DNA of 64,000 bases from Dehalococcoidia bacterium (GCA_963663235.2 CAXXNO010000005.1:32001-96000), one strand, 5' to 3'; positions 39,863-50,532 are shown, counted from the stretch's first letter. The notes: generated by a model from the sequence alone, not told the origin. Numbers and translations: made by a program.

Positions 39863-40240
39863 ATGAGCAACTCGTTGCCCGATGACGCAGTCGATCGTCT
39901 CGCGCCCTTCCTGCACCGCGAAGACCTCCGGCGCATGCGCGTCGTGACGGGCGCGCCGGGGAACTGGCTTCCGGCGTTGCTTCGCACCGGCGCGGTCACG
40001 CTGGGAAGCCACGTCTTCTTTCGGCGCGGCCGGTTCGATCTCAACACCCCCCGCGGACTCGCGCTGATCGGCCACGAGGCAGGGCACATCCATCAGTACC
40101 GAAGTCTCGGCACGGCGAGGTTCCTCCTCCGCTACCTGCGGGGGGCCGTGACGGCGCGTTTCTCGCACGCCCGGCATCCCATGGAGCGGGATCTCATCAT
40201 GATGCAGCGTCGGATCCGCGAGGCGCTCGAAGGGAGCTGA
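39863..40240 (+). CDS. DUF4157-like HExxH domain protein
   Basis: AVTLGSHVFF, LIGHEAGHIHQY, P.E. Confidence 0.75.
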   Translation: MSNSLPDDAVDRLAPFLHREDLRRMRVVTGAPGNWLPALLRTGAVTLGSHVFFRRGRFDLNTPRGLALIGHEAGHIHQYRSLGTARFLLRYLRGAVTARFSHARHPMERDLIMMQRRIREALEGS

Positions 40241-40340
40241 TGCCCCTCAAGACTCGCGGCCAAGATCGCGTGAACCGGTGCAACCGTGCCACGCCGGCCC
40301 GCACGTATGCCGCCCCGTGTCGTGCCGATCGTGACGCGGG

Positions 40341-41519
40341 TTAGATGACCTCGGCGGCCCTTAGCTCGCCGATCTCGCCCTGGCTGTAGCCCAGATCGAG
40401 CAGCACCCCTTCCGTGTGCTGGCCGAGCTCTGGCGCGGAAGATTTCGGGCCGGCGGGCGTGCGTGAGAGCTTGATCGGCGTTCCGACCACGCCCACCTTC
40501 CCGAACGTCGGGTGCTCCATCGATGTGATGTATCCGTTGGCGAGAATCTGTGGATCGCTGACCACGCCCGCGTGGTCGTGCACCGGCCCGCAGGGGATGT
40601 CGGCGGCGACAAGGAGATCCAGCCACTCGGCGAGAGGCCGCTTTTCGAACGTGGCATCCAGCTCGGCGAGCAGCGCCGGACGGTTCTCCTGCCGCCTGTC
40701 CAGATCGACGAACCGTTCATCGGCGATCAAGTCCTCCCGCTCCAGCGTGCGGCAGAGCGGCTCCCACCACTTCGGATCGTAGGCGCCCACCGAGATCCAG
40801 CGGCCGTCGGCGCAAGGATAATGAGTGAAGGTCGGCAACCAGCGGCGTGGCGTGGCGTCCTGGACGCCGGTCCGCATCATGCCAGTTAACTGAAACGCCT
40901 GCAGCGCCACCTGCGAGCCCAGCAGGGAGACGTCCACGTGCTGGCCGATCCCTTGTCGCTCCCGCGCGATGACCGCCGAGGCGATTCCCAGCGCGAACAC
41001 CATCGCCCCGACCTGATCCGCCAGGCCGCCCATCAGGTCCATCGGCGGCTCGTCGGGCCCTCCACCCTGCACGCTCATCAGGCCGCCCATCGCTTGCCCG
41101 ATCGAGTCGAACGACGGTCGCCCCGTATACGGCCCAACCGCACCGAACCCAGACGCGCTCCCCGTGATCACCTGCGGTTCCACCTTGCGGAGCGACTCGT
41201 AGTCCAGCCCCAAGCGCGCCATCACTCCCGTCCGGAAATTGTCGGTCACCACGTTGTAGCGCGGCAGCAGCTTCAGGATGATCTCCCGGCCCTCCGGCTT
41301 GCGCAGATCAACCGTGATCGATCGTTTGTTCCGGTTGTGCGCCTCAAAGTAGGCGCACCACCCGTCTGGCGACCGCCAGAGGAGGCGGCCCGGGTCGCCG
41401 TCGCGCGACTCCACCTTCAGCACGTCGGCCCCCAGGTCGGACAGCATGGCGGTGGCGTAGGCGCCCTGCTGGTAGCGGGTGAAGTCCAATATTCGGATGC
41501 CATCGAGCGGACCGGGCAT
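40341..41519 (-). CDS. CoA-transferase family III (CaiB/BaiF)
   Basis: GPLDGIRILD, DLGADVLKVE, NRNKRS, NFRTGV, LAD, APELGQHT. Confidence 0.93.
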   Translation of the reverse strand: MPGPLDGIRILDFTRYQQGAYATAMLSDLGADVLKVESRDGDPGRLLWRSPDGWCAYFEAHNRNKRSITVDLRKPEGREIILKLLPRYNVVTDNFRTGVMARLGLDYESLRKVEPQVITGSASGFGAVGPYTGRPSFDSIGQAMGGLMSVQGGGPDEPPMDLMGGLADQVGAMVFALGIASAVIARERQGIGQHVDVSLLGSQVALQAFQLTGMMRTGVQDATPRRWLPTFTHYPCADGRWISVGAYDPKWWEPLCRTLEREDLIADERFVDLDRRQENRPALLAELDATFEKRPLAEWLDLLVAADIPCGPVHDHAGVVSDPQILANGYITSMEHPTFGKVGVVGTPIKLSRTPAGPKSSAPELGQHTEGVLLDLGYSQGEIGELRAAEVI

Positions 41520-41691
41520 GCGGCGCCTCCAAATCTCACTAGTAGGGCGGCGCAAGCGTAGCCGATCTCACCGCGCGTCGATGCCGGGACGACGAGCGCC
41601 CTCGCTTCGCGCTGCCTCCTCCTCGCCCGCTGGAGTTGGACGCGGTAGAAAGAGGGGACCAAGTCGGAGCGGACCGAGGAAAGGGACGGGG

Positions 41692-42036
41692 ATGCAGAAC
41701 ATTCAGCTCAGGGCGATCTGCAAGATCCATGACGGCAAGCTCGACGAGTTCCAGGCGGCGGCCCGCAAGCCCCTCGCCGCGGTTCAAGAGAAGGACTCCG
41801 GCACGCTCCAGTACGATTGGTTCTTCAGCTCTGATCGAAGCGTCTGCGTCGTACATGAGACCTACGCCGACTCCGATGCGGTCATGCAGCACATGGCCAA
41901 CGTGGGCGAGTTGCTTGCAGACCTGGTCAAGCTGTCGGATCTGTCGCTGGAACTCTTCGGAGACCCCTCGCCCGAGTTGGCCGCCGCGGCGGCCGCTTTC
42001 AGCCCTACCGTGTACGGCTACTTCCAAGGGCTGTAG
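41692..42036 (+). CDS. ABM/putative quinol monooxygenase
   Basis: GKLDEF, GTLQYDWF, HETYADSDA..H. Confidence 0.8.
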   Translation: MQNIQLRAICKIHDGKLDEFQAAARKPLAAVQEKDSGTLQYDWFFSSDRSVCVVHETYADSDAVMQHMANVGELLADLVKLSDLSLELFGDPSPELAAAAAAFSPTVYGYFQGL

Positions 42037-42178
42037 ACGGGACGCCTGCGGCCTCGTTGCGGTGCCGGAATCTTACGCTGGCGTAACGGCTGCGTTACCA
42101 ACGCTCGCTAACGTTTGGGCAGCCGGGAGCGTAACGCGTCCGTAGGCACGCGCAGCGCGTGCGGCCGGCGCAAGATCG

Positions 42179-43405
42179 TTGAGGTGGTACGCCGTGACTC
42201 ACTGGCGTCGATGTCGGCCGGGAAGCCGCACGGTCTCCGTGTTGCTCGCGGGGCTGGTGCTGGGGGCGCTGGCGGCCGCCGCGTGCGGCGGGAACGGCGC
42301 CGCGCCGGTATCCGATCCCGCAACTCTGCCCCCGGCGCTCGATGATCCCGATCCTTCTACCGCCCAGCCGGAGCCGGGGCGCGACACGCCGGTCGAGGCG
42401 CCCGAGAGCGACGCGTCGGCGGAAGCGAATGCCCCTCCGAGCGACGCGGAACCGCCCGCGACGGACGCTGAACCCGACGAAACACCCTCCGCGGCCGAAC
42501 CGGCCCCACTGCAAGAATTGACTCTCGAAGCCTTTCCCGTTCCGGCGGGCTCGCGGCCGCACGATGTCGCTCCGGCCCTCGACGGCGGCGTCTGGTACAC
42601 GGCACAGGCCGCCGGCGCGCTCGGCTGGCTCGACCCCGCGACGGGCGAGACGCGCCACGTCCTCCTCGGCCCCGGCTCTCGGCCCCACGGCGTCATCGTT
42701 GGCCCCGATGGCGCCCCCTGGATCACCGATGGTGGTCTCAACGCCATCGTCCGCGTCGATCCGGAGACCGATGCCGTCTCCCTCTTCCCGTTGCCCCCCG
42801 ATCGGCCCAACGCGAACCTCAACACGGCCACCTTCGATCTCCAAGGACGCCTCTGGTTCACCGGCCAGAACGGCATCGTCGGCCGCCTCGACCCGGCCAC
42901 CGGCGAGATCGATGTCTTCGACGCTCCGCGAGGCGCCGGTCCCTACGGCATTACGACGACGTCTGCCGGCGACGTCTATTTCGCGTCCCTGGCGGGCAGC
43001 TACGTCGGCCGCATCGATGTGGACTCCGGCGCAATCACCGTGCTGGAGCCGCCGACGCCCGGCCAGGGGGCGCGGCGCGTGTGGTCGGATTCACAGGGGC
43101 GGATCTGGGTCAGCGAGTGGAACGCCGGCCGGCTCGCCCTCTTCGACCCTGCCACCGGCGCATGGCGTGAGTGGTCGCTGCCGGGGCCGGAGCCGCGCGC
43201 CTACGCGGTCTTCGTAGACACGCAGGACATCGTCTGGGTGAGCGACTTCGGCGGCAACGCGCTCCTGCGCTTTGATCCGGCCACCGAAGCGTTCACCACA
43301 TTCGCCTTGCCGAGCAGTCCAGGCAACGTGCGCCAGATCCTCGGACGCCCCGGCGAAGTCTGGGCACCCGAGTCGGCGGCCGACCAACTTGTCGTGATCC
43401 GCTGA
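42179..43405 (+). CDS. Vgb-lyase-like beta-propeller lipoprotein
   Basis: Lipobox AAAC, P/A/E/D-rich linker, repeated PH(D/G)V...DG..W.T blades. Confidence 0.85.
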   Translation: MRWYAVTHWRRCRPGSRTVSVLLAGLVLGALAAAACGGNGAAPVSDPATLPPALDDPDPSTAQPEPGRDTPVEAPESDASAEANAPPSDAEPPATDAEPDETPSAAEPAPLQELTLEAFPVPAGSRPHDVAPALDGGVWYTAQAAGALGWLDPATGETRHVLLGPGSRPHGVIVGPDGAPWITDGGLNAIVRVDPETDAVSLFPLPPDRPNANLNTATFDLQGRLWFTGQNGIVGRLDPATGEIDVFDAPRGAGPYGITTTSAGDVYFASLAGSYVGRIDVDSGAITVLEPPTPGQGARRVWSDSQGRIWVSEWNAGRLALFDPATGAWREWSLPGPEPRAYAVFVDTQDIVWVSDFGGNALLRFDPATEAFTTFALPSSPGNVRQILGRPGEVWAPESAADQLVVIR

Positions 43406-43447
43406 CGGCCACGCCCTCGACGCGTCGGCCTCCCCGTGTCTCCGACC

Positions 43448-43822
43448 CTACGCGGGAGGTGCGCCCCTGGCTCCCCAATAGTCGTTGAGCGTGCCCTGCA
43501 TCTTCACAAACCAGATAGCCCACCCGATCACCGGCAGGAGGAACCAGAGCCCCCACTGCCAGTTGACGGGCGACGCTTCCCCGGCTTGCCTGTACATCCG
43601 CTCGAGTTCCACGGGGACCAGGAAGAAAGTCACGGGCGAGAGCAGCCAGTTGATGATCACGCCGACCCAGCCGCCCACGCCTTGTCCACTGTGTATCTGG
43701 ATCTCTTCGTGCGTCTTGAAGGTCCAGACGAGCCCCGCGATTCCGGCTGTAATTATGTACAAGACGATCCAAAGGCCGATGGAACGTTGCGAGCCGATCG
43801 GCCCGCTGCTGGATTGAGTCAA
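43448..43822 (-). CDS. DUF4234-like small membrane protein
   Basis: RS...IVL.IIT.GI...W.FK...E, Q..LN.YW; AGGAGG RBS. Confidence 0.75.
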   Translation of the reverse strand: MTQSSSGPIGSQRSIGLWIVLYIITAGIAGLVWTFKTHEEIQIHSGQGVGGWVGVIINWLLSPVTFFLVPVELERMYRQAGEASPVNWQWGLWFLLPVIGWAIWFVKMQGTLNDYWGARGAPPA

Positions 43823-44000
43823 GGCTCACCTCCTAGGCGATCCACGCGCAGGCAAAGCGCTGAGCGTCTACCGCAATCGACGCGCATGACGGAAGGAGGT
43901 TGGGGGCGCCATCAACGTCCGGTGTCCTGTCCTCTGTGGACTCCATAACGCAGCGCTTCGAGATCTGCGCCGGAGCCCGCCGCGACGGATTCTGCTGGCC

Positions 44001-45518
44001 TCATTGCAGGCCCGCCGCGTCCCGCGCGAACGTGACGATCACGGTGGTGCCCGCGCCCAGGGTGCTCTCAATCGCCACCTCGCCGCCATGGGCCGTGACC
44101 AGCTGCTGCACGATCGCGAGGCCCAGGCCGCTGCCGCCGGTCGCGCGGCTCCGCGAGCTGTCGGGACGGTAGAAGCGATCGAATAGGTGTGGCAGGTGAT
44201 CGGGAGCGATGCCCTCGCCGGTGTCCGCAACCGAGACGCCGACATGCCCGTCCACGGCGAAGACCGTCACCGTGACCGACCCACCTCGCGGGGTATACCG
44301 GATCGCGTTGTCGATGAGGTTGCCGATGACCTGTCGCACTCGAACCGGGTCGAGGGAGACGGATGGGACGGCCGCGCTCACGGCCGTAAGTCGCACGCCG
44401 CTCGCCTCGGCTTTCGCTTGGTGGCTGGTGACAGCCTGTTCGATCAGCGCAGCCAGATCGGTTGGCTCACGGTGCAGGCGTAGCTCTCCAGCGTCGGCCA
44501 GGGCGAGCACCTGGAGATCGTCCACCAGTTGTTGCAGCAGCAACGCCTCCTCGTGGACCGCCGCGATCACGTCGGGTGAGGCCTCCACCACGCCGTCCTG
44601 GATCGCCTCCAGGTAGCCGCGGATGTTGGACAACGGCGTGCGCAGTTCGTGCGCGATATCGCTGGTCAGCATGCGGCGTTCCCTGTCGCTGCGCTCCAAC
44701 GCGTCGGCCATCGAGTTGAAGGCCTGCGCTAGCTGTCCAATCTCGTCGCCGCCTGTCGCACTCACGCGCGCGGTGAGCCGCCCTTGCTCCATGCGCTCGG
44801 CTGCCCCCGTGAGCTCGGCGATCGGGTTCAGGATCCGACGCCCCCCCAGCACGGTGACCACGCCCGCCGCGGCGAGCACCACGATCACCGCCACGATGAT
44901 CCGCAGGCTCGTGCCGCTCGGGAGGTTGAGGCCGCTGCTCGTTTCGCCGAAGCCGAGGAAGAGCAGCGCGGGCTCGGCCGGACTCGCCACGCACGTGAAC
45001 TCCTCGATCGTCTCGGAGGAGACCTCGCCGAACTCGTCGACCTCGACAACCTCGATGGTGATCAACTCATCGTCGGTGGGTCTGCCGGATTCCCCAATAA
45101 ATTCGGCGGCAAACGGGTCGAAACAGGGGTTGAATTCGTTCAGCGGGTTCGTCGCATCGATAAGAGCCGTCGCTGACTTGGGCAGGTCCACCGGGCCCCC
45201 GCCGTCGAGCGGCTCGGAGTCGGCGATCAACGCCCCACTCGGCGTGGTGAGGGCGATCCGCTCGTCGAACTCGAAGGCGAGCGAGGCGAGGAGCGCCTCG
45301 CTACCACGCCAGGTCGTGTGCGTCGCGGCGTAAAACGTCATCTCATCAAGGACGATCTCCTCGATCAGTTCTTGCTCTTCGATCACGTCGCGGAATCGAT
45401 CGGATGTCGCCTGGTTCGTGACCCACGCGGTCGCGACTACGGCGATCACGGCAACCGAGAGGCTGAGCAGGAGCAGGCGGACCCGCAGACTCAGGCGGCT
45501 CCGGACGCTAGCCGGCAT
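44001..45518 (-). CDS. Sensor histidine kinase with HAMP domain (BaeS-like)
   Basis: DEIGQLA.AFN.M, AHELRTPL, NLIDNA, DTGEGI, FDRFYR, GSGLGL. Confidence 0.94.
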   Translation of the reverse strand: MPASVRSRLSLRVRLLLLSLSVAVIAVVATAWVTNQATSDRFRDVIEEQELIEEIVLDEMTFYAATHTTWRGSEALLASLAFEFDERIALTTPSGALIADSEPLDGGGPVDLPKSATALIDATNPLNEFNPCFDPFAAEFIGESGRPTDDELITIEVVEVDEFGEVSSETIEEFTCVASPAEPALLFLGFGETSSGLNLPSGTSLRIIVAVIVVLAAAGVVTVLGGRRILNPIAELTGAAERMEQGRLTARVSATGGDEIGQLAQAFNSMADALERSDRERRMLTSDIAHELRTPLSNIRGYLEAIQDGVVEASPDVIAAVHEEALLLQQLVDDLQVLALADAGELRLHREPTDLAALIEQAVTSHQAKAEASGVRLTAVSAAVPSVSLDPVRVRQVIGNLIDNAIRYTPRGGSVTVTVFAVDGHVGVSVADTGEGIAPDHLPHLFDRFYRPDSSRSRATGGSGLGLAIVQQLVTAHGGEVAIESTLGAGTTVIVTFARDAAGLQ

Positions 45519-46203
45519 CGTGCTCGTCGCGCATCCGGTAGCCCACGCCGTACACCGTCTGGACGTAGGTCGGGACCGCGGCGTCCGGCTCGATTTTCCG
45601 GCGGAGGTTCATCACGTGCACATCCACCGTGCGCTCGAGACCCTCGTACTCGAACCCAAACGCTTCCTGAAGCAGATCGGTCCGGCTGAATGCGCGGCCG
45701 GGTTCACGGATGAGCGCCTCGAGGATCGGGAATTCTTTGGGCGTAAGTTCCACCAGTTGCCCGTCGAGGCGGGCCTCGTGCCGCGCTGAGTCGACTGTGA
45801 GACCGCCGGTTGTGAACAGGGCTCCGGTGGTGGTGGCGGATCGCGGTGCGCGCCGGAGATGCGTCCGCACGCGCGCCACCAGTTCGCGAGGGCTGAAGGG
45901 TTTCGTGATGTAGTCATCCGCGCCCAGATCAAGGCCCAGCAGAAGGTCGTCCTCCGTGGAGCGGGCGGTAACCATGATGATCGGCACATCGGACTCGTGC
46001 CGGAGGACACGGCACACGTCCAGCCCATCCACACTGGGCATCATCACGTCCAGGAGCATCAGATCGGGGCTGCGCTGGCGGGCAAGCTCGATGGCGGTGC
46101 GGCCATCGTGAGCGACGAGGACAGCGTAGCCCGCCTGCTCCAAGTACATCCGGATCAACTCGGCCTGCTTGTGGTCGTCCTCGGCGACGAGGATGCGCTG
46201 CAC
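45508..46203 (-). CDS. OmpR-family response regulator
   Basis: ILVAEDD, LLDVMMP, GADDYITKPF, RTVDVHV.NLRRKIE, TVYGVGY. Confidence 0.95.
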   Translation of the reverse strand: MQRILVAEDDHKQAELIRMYLEQAGYAVLVAHDGRTAIELARQRSPDLMLLDVMMPSVDGLDVCRVLRHESDVPIIMVTARSTEDDLLLGLDLGADDYITKPFSPRELVARVRTHLRRAPRSATTTGALFTTGGLTVDSARHEARLDGQLVELTPKEFPILEALIREPGRAFSRTDLLQEAFGFEYEGLERTVDVHVMNLRRKIEPDAAVPTYVQTVYGVGYRMRDEHDAG

Positions 46204-46301
46204 GGGGACCTCCGGGGCGGCGCCCCGCCCTCTGCGCGGGGTGCCGCATCTCCACAAGTGTAAGCGACGTAATGATCCCGGCGCGGGCCGGCGTCCGTCC
46301 A

Positions 46302-47561
46302 CTAGAGCTGCGCACGGATCTCGGCGCGCAACTCCACCAACTCCGGATAGTCGTAGAAGAATCGCACCTTCTGCTCGGCGATGCTGGCGCCCGTCGGCCG
46401 CTCGTGCAGCACGAAGATGACGAAACTCTCTGCAATATCCTCGGCCGGCCCCGACATGGCATAGTCCGTGTCGAACTGGTCGCGGTACGTGCGCCCGAAC
46501 TCGTCCACTGCGTCCCAGTACTCCTCGTCGCTGCCGGAGTTCTCTTCGATCGCGTTGAATTCAGCCAGGAGATCCAGCCAGTAGTTCGTGACGAACGCGT
46601 TGATGTACGACTCCGGGAGACTGCAGCCTTCTCCGGGGAAGTACGTGCGACAGGCGCCGCCGGCCCGGTCGTATGCGAACTCGCTGATGTCCCACGGGAG
46701 GGCGGGGACCTGCGTATTGTTCAGCGTCAACAGATGCGCGAACTCGTGGATCAGGGTGTGGTTGAGCTCTGCTAGATCATGGGAATCCACCGGATCCACG
46801 GCCAACAGCCACGTTGTAACGTCGGACTCGTTCACGGAGACGGCGGCGACGTTCCCGTCCAGGCCATCCGTGAAGATCTCGAACGTCGTCAACATCTGGC
46901 GGGCCTCGGCCGGAATGAGCTGAGTGAACCGCTCCCAGATCGCCTCATGCGTGGCGCGGTCGTTCTGCAGGTCGGTGAGGCCGGCCGCCACGGCGGGGAG
47001 TTCAGCAGCGCCCAGAATCCCGCTGCTGACGTCGTAGCGGACCAAGATCACTTCTGGATCGCCGGACCCGACATCGAAGTCACCGAAATCGCCGCACTCG
47101 TCGAAGCCGCTGACCTGGCGGTAGACATCGAACTCGTCGAACTCATCGAACTCATCGAAGCCGTCGAACTCGTCGAACTCATCAAACTCGCCCAATTCGT
47201 CGTAGTAGCCGCAGTCATCGAAGTCATCGAATCCGTCGTACAGGGCATCGTCGAGGTCCCAGAGCAGGGCATCGACGGCGTCCCACACGCAGTCCGTCGC
47301 GCCGTCGCCTTCGGAGAGACATCCCAAAGCGGCGGCGTCGAACTCCTCGATCGCGGCGCGTGCCGCCTCGAGATCAGCGGCTTCGTCGGCAGCCGCCACC
47401 GCTGCCCCCGCGTCGCCCGTATCGCCCTGGGACTGGTGCGCCCCGGTCGCGACGCTCGCGGCCGGCGGGGGCTGCCCCTCGGCTCCCACGGTGGCGATCA
47501 ACGTCAGCGCAACGAGCGCGAACGCCACCACTGCGATCAAGATCGTCCTGGGCATCTTCAT
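46302..47561 (-). CDS. Secreted acidic zinc-metallopeptidase-like protein
   Basis: Signal peptide; TLIHEFAH, YA..GPAEDIAESF, K..FF; DEF low-complexity tract. Confidence 0.8.
   Translation of the reverse strand: MKMPRTILIAVVAFALVALTLIATVGAEGQPPPAASVATGAHQSQGDTGDAGAAVAAADEAADLEAARAAIEEFDAAALGCLSEGDGATDCVWDAVDALLWDLDDALYDGFDDFDDCGYYDELGEFDEFDEFDGFDEFDEFDEFDVYRQVSGFDECGDFGDFDVGSGDPEVILVRYDVSSGILGAAELPAVAAGLTDLQNDRATHEAIWERFTQLIPAEARQMLTTFEIFTDGLDGNVAAVSVNESDVTTWLLAVDPVDSHDLAELNHTLIHEFAHLLTLNNTQVPALPWDISEFAYDRAGGACRTYFPGEGCSLPESYINAFVTNYWLDLLAEFNAIEENSGSDEEYWDAVDEFGRTYRDQFDTDYAMSGPAEDIAESFVIFVLHERPTGASIAEQKVRFFYDYPELVELRAEIRAQL
47126..47190 (-). repeat. 9-bp coding microsatellite encoding (D-E-F)n
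   Basis: c(a/g)tcgaact units on the + strand; protein EFDEFDEFDGFDEFDEFDEFD. Confidence 0.85.
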
Positions 47562-47630
47562 GCTGTTCCTCTCATCATCGGGTCGTCGTAATGAGCATCG
47601 ACGTGTCGTAGTGAGCATGCCAACGACGCC

Positions 47631-47657
47631 GTGAAGAACTGATGAAGGAGTTGCAAG
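47631..47657 (-). promoter_or_regulatory. OmpR-type tandem direct-repeat site upstream of the peptidase-RR-HK operon
   Basis: Minus strand CTTGCA-actc-CTTCAT-cagtt-CTTCAC, 10-11 bp period. Confidence 0.45.
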
Positions 47658-48091
47658 GTTGCTGCTCGATTTCTCTTGCGGGTTTCCGACGCCCGAGTTG
47701 CTCCCCGATGCCGGATAGGAGCGCTGCCTGATCTCGACCGGCACACCGGCCCGGACTTTTCCGCTGAAATGCGTGGTCGAGGGGGCGCGTCCGCGACCGG
47801 CAAAGGGCGCCCATGACCGGGCGCACGGCGCGGCGGCGAGACGCGCACAGGCGCAGCGCCGGCCGGTGTCGGGGCGCTACCCGTCCGAGCGGAGACGCGC
47901 GCGACCAGTCAGCGAGCCGCGCGAGTCGGCGCTCACTGGGGCAGTCGGCGCCAAGGTGGGGTTTTTGCTGGGCGCAGAAAAGCGGGGAGCCATGTCCGTG
48001 CCGCTGAGGTGGAGTTGGCGCCCCTTAGGGTGCCGTTCCTCACGGCGCGTCGGCGAGGCCGTTGCCTGCGGGTTGTCGCCCGCGTCGGCGG

Positions 48092-49864
48092 CTAGGAGGC
48101 GGTCTGCCGGCGTTTGCCGCGCATCTCCTGTCGCAGCGTGTTCGTGGCCTTGGCGTCGACTTCGTACTCCAGCGCGCGACGGTCTATCTCTCGGACGACG
48201 ACGCCGTACTGCTCGCGCGCCGCACCCAGGCTGAGGTATTCGTCTCGAATGTCGTCCACTACCTTCTCGACCGGCCGGTCCAAGGCGTCGCCGTAGCCGC
48301 CTCCGCCCGCCGACCAGTAGTGCAGCGACTCGCCCACAGCCACGGGGACGTTGATGGCCACGAGGCCGACGCGCCGCTCGTTTTCGGTCGCCTCATTCAT
48401 GATCAGGCCCGCCGTCGCTCCACGCTCGCCGGCGAAGATGCCCGGTGGCCCGATCAGGGCGCGGTTCCCGAAGTTCGTCAACGAACCGCCCACGAACGGA
48501 AACTCGCACACCTGGTCCAGGCCCAGTCCGCCGCGCATCTCTCCGGGCCCGCCGGTGTCCTGGCGGATGGAGTAGCGCCGCCAGAACAGGGGATAGCGCC
48601 GCTCCTGCATCTCGGCGGGGATATTCTGGATGGTCGCCGTAAAGGCCGTGCCCACCACGCTGGGGCCATCCTTGTACTTCGTGCCCCCCATGCCACCCAC
48701 CGCCCAGACGTACTCCAGGAACGGCTCCTCAAAGCCAAGCCGGTCGTCTTTGCCGGTGAAGATCGTGTTGAGAATCGTGGAGCAGGTTCCGGCTCCGCGC
48801 TCCGGCAGCGCCTGGCTCAGCACCTGCATGCCGCAGCCCACCAGGATCTCCATGCTGCAGGCCTGCAGTGACACCGCCGTCGGCGGCAGCGCGTGGCAGA
48901 TCGAGCCCCGTCGCGTCTTGATCTCGATCGCGCGCATGACCCCGGCGTTCATCGGCATTGGCGGCAGGATCGCCCCGATCGAGTTGAAGAGGGACGATGT
49001 GGTGGAGACAATCGTAGTGTTGATGCTCCCGGGGACGCAGTCATCGCTCTCGGTGAGGTCGAAGATCGCGTGGTCGTCTTCGATCGTCAGCTTGAGCCGG
49101 AATGTCGCCGGCTTGCCGCTATCGAAGACTTGGTCGTTGTAGTCCTCGGTCTCGTACGTCCCATCGGGGAGGCTGCGGAGCGCGGCCCGAATCATCCGCT
49201 CGGAGTAATCCTGCAGGTCGGCCATGCAGCCCCAGACCACTTCCAGCCCGTGCTTGCTGAAGAGCTCCTGGAGGCGGGCGTCGCCCGTGCGCAGGGCGGA
49301 GCACTGGGCGTTGAGGTCTCCCATCCGCTCCCATGAGTCGCGGACGTTTGTCATCACCAGCGATACGACGTCCCGCTGGAGCTCTCCGCGGTTGTAGACG
49401 CGGACCGCCGGCAGCCGGACGCCCTCGTCGAAGTACGTCAGCGCGCGCGAGTTCAGCGACCCCGGGACCGCGCCGCCGACGTCGCTCCAGTGTGCGGTCG
49501 ACTCAACGAAGGCGGCTATCTTCCCCTCGAAGAAGACTGGCCGGACGAAATGCATGTCGTTGCAGTGCGTGCTGGCGACATAGGGATCATTGATCCAGTA
49601 GATGTCGTCCGGCTGCATGGTCTCCAACCCGATCTGCTTCACGACCTCCTTGGTCGAGTACATGCTGAGCCCGACGAAAGCGGGGAGGTCGTACTCGCTC
49701 TGCGTCACCAGGCTTCCCTGCGCGTCGCTCACGGTCCCAGCGAAGTCCTTGCCCTCGTTGATCGCCACCGAATACGCGGTCTTGGACACCACCAGCGCCA
49801 TCTCGGCGCACGCCGCCTTCAGCGAGTTCCGCACGATTTCGAACGTTACGGGATCGACACTCAA
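48092..49864 (-). CDS. Hydantoinase B/oxoprolinase family protein (clade I)
   Basis: DPVTFEI, DLPAFVG, NDPYVASTHCND, AHWSDVGG, DTGGPGEMRGG, GGGGYGD. Confidence 0.92.
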   Translation of the reverse strand: MSVDPVTFEIVRNSLKAACAEMALVVSKTAYSVAINEGKDFAGTVSDAQGSLVTQSEYDLPAFVGLSMYSTKEVVKQIGLETMQPDDIYWINDPYVASTHCNDMHFVRPVFFEGKIAAFVESTAHWSDVGGAVPGSLNSRALTYFDEGVRLPAVRVYNRGELQRDVVSLVMTNVRDSWERMGDLNAQCSALRTGDARLQELFSKHGLEVVWGCMADLQDYSERMIRAALRSLPDGTYETEDYNDQVFDSGKPATFRLKLTIEDDHAIFDLTESDDCVPGSINTTIVSTTSSLFNSIGAILPPMPMNAGVMRAIEIKTRRGSICHALPPTAVSLQACSMEILVGCGMQVLSQALPERGAGTCSTILNTIFTGKDDRLGFEEPFLEYVWAVGGMGGTKYKDGPSVVGTAFTATIQNIPAEMQERRYPLFWRRYSIRQDTGGPGEMRGGLGLDQVCEFPFVGGSLTNFGNRALIGPPGIFAGERGATAGLIMNEATENERRVGLVAINVPVAVGESLHYWSAGGGGYGDALDRPVEKVVDDIRDEYLSLGAAREQYGVVVREIDRRALEYEVDAKATNTLRQEMRGKRRQTAS

Positions 49865-50049
49865 TTGCGGTCTCCCTGCTGCTTCAGCACTCCTGGACGG
49901 CCTGCCGTTTCGCCGTCCTTTCCCATGATGAACGTCGGCTCACGAGGTGCGCGCCGAACCGGGACAGTCTACCGCACAGCGGCCGAGTGTCGAATCAGGA
50001 GCGCCCCGGCGGCTGACGCCGCTCGCGGGGCGCGGGCGCGAACGCCCGC

Positions 50050-50439
50050 CTAGACACGCAGGACGCGACTCACGAGCGAGCGATGCGCAGCCACGAAGGC
50101 GTATCCCGCTTCACGCAGCCACGTGAAGCCGGGCAGGTCAAGAGGGGCGATCAGTCGGCCCCCGCGAACCAGGCGGAGGGCACGTGTCACACTCTCGCCG
50201 CCGTGGTACTCGCGACCTTCGGGCGTGATGAAGTGAGAAGACGCCCGGATCTGCGCGTCGGAGAGCTCCGTCAGCCATTTGCCGGCGGGCAGCTCCGCGA
50301 AGGAGGCGATGTGCAGCGGCTCGCGGGCGCGGCGTTGCAGGCGGCGCGCAAGCCGGGTGCAAAAGTCGCACGCATCGTCATAGACCAAGACATACTGCCC
50401 TGGAGGGTCCGCCGCCTGTGTTGGTGCGTGGTGTCGCAT
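50050..50439 (-). CDS. DCC1-like thiol-disulfide oxidoreductase (DUF393)
   Basis: LVYDDACDFC (DxxCxxC), Y.FVA.HR. Confidence 0.85.
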   Translation of the reverse strand: MRHHAPTQAADPPGQYVLVYDDACDFCTRLARRLQRRAREPLHIASFAELPAGKWLTELSDAQIRASSHFITPEGREYHGGESVTRALRLVRGGRLIAPLDLPGFTWLREAGYAFVAAHRSLVSRVLRV

Positions 50440-50532
50440 GGCACACTACGGGTGTTCGCTCGGGCGCTTCGATCAACTCCGGATGTAAGCGACCATGCTC
50501 TATAGAGTGCCAAGCGCTAGCCGAGAACGTCA

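Noticed and set aside
39863-40240. DUF4157 as evidence of an extracellular contractile injection system
   Set aside because: No sheath, tube or baseplate genes in the window; it is a stand-alone small domain
42179-43405. Vgb as a streptogramin resistance gene
   Set aside because: Lipoprotein Vgb-like propellers are widespread, and nothing in the context indicates resistance or mobility
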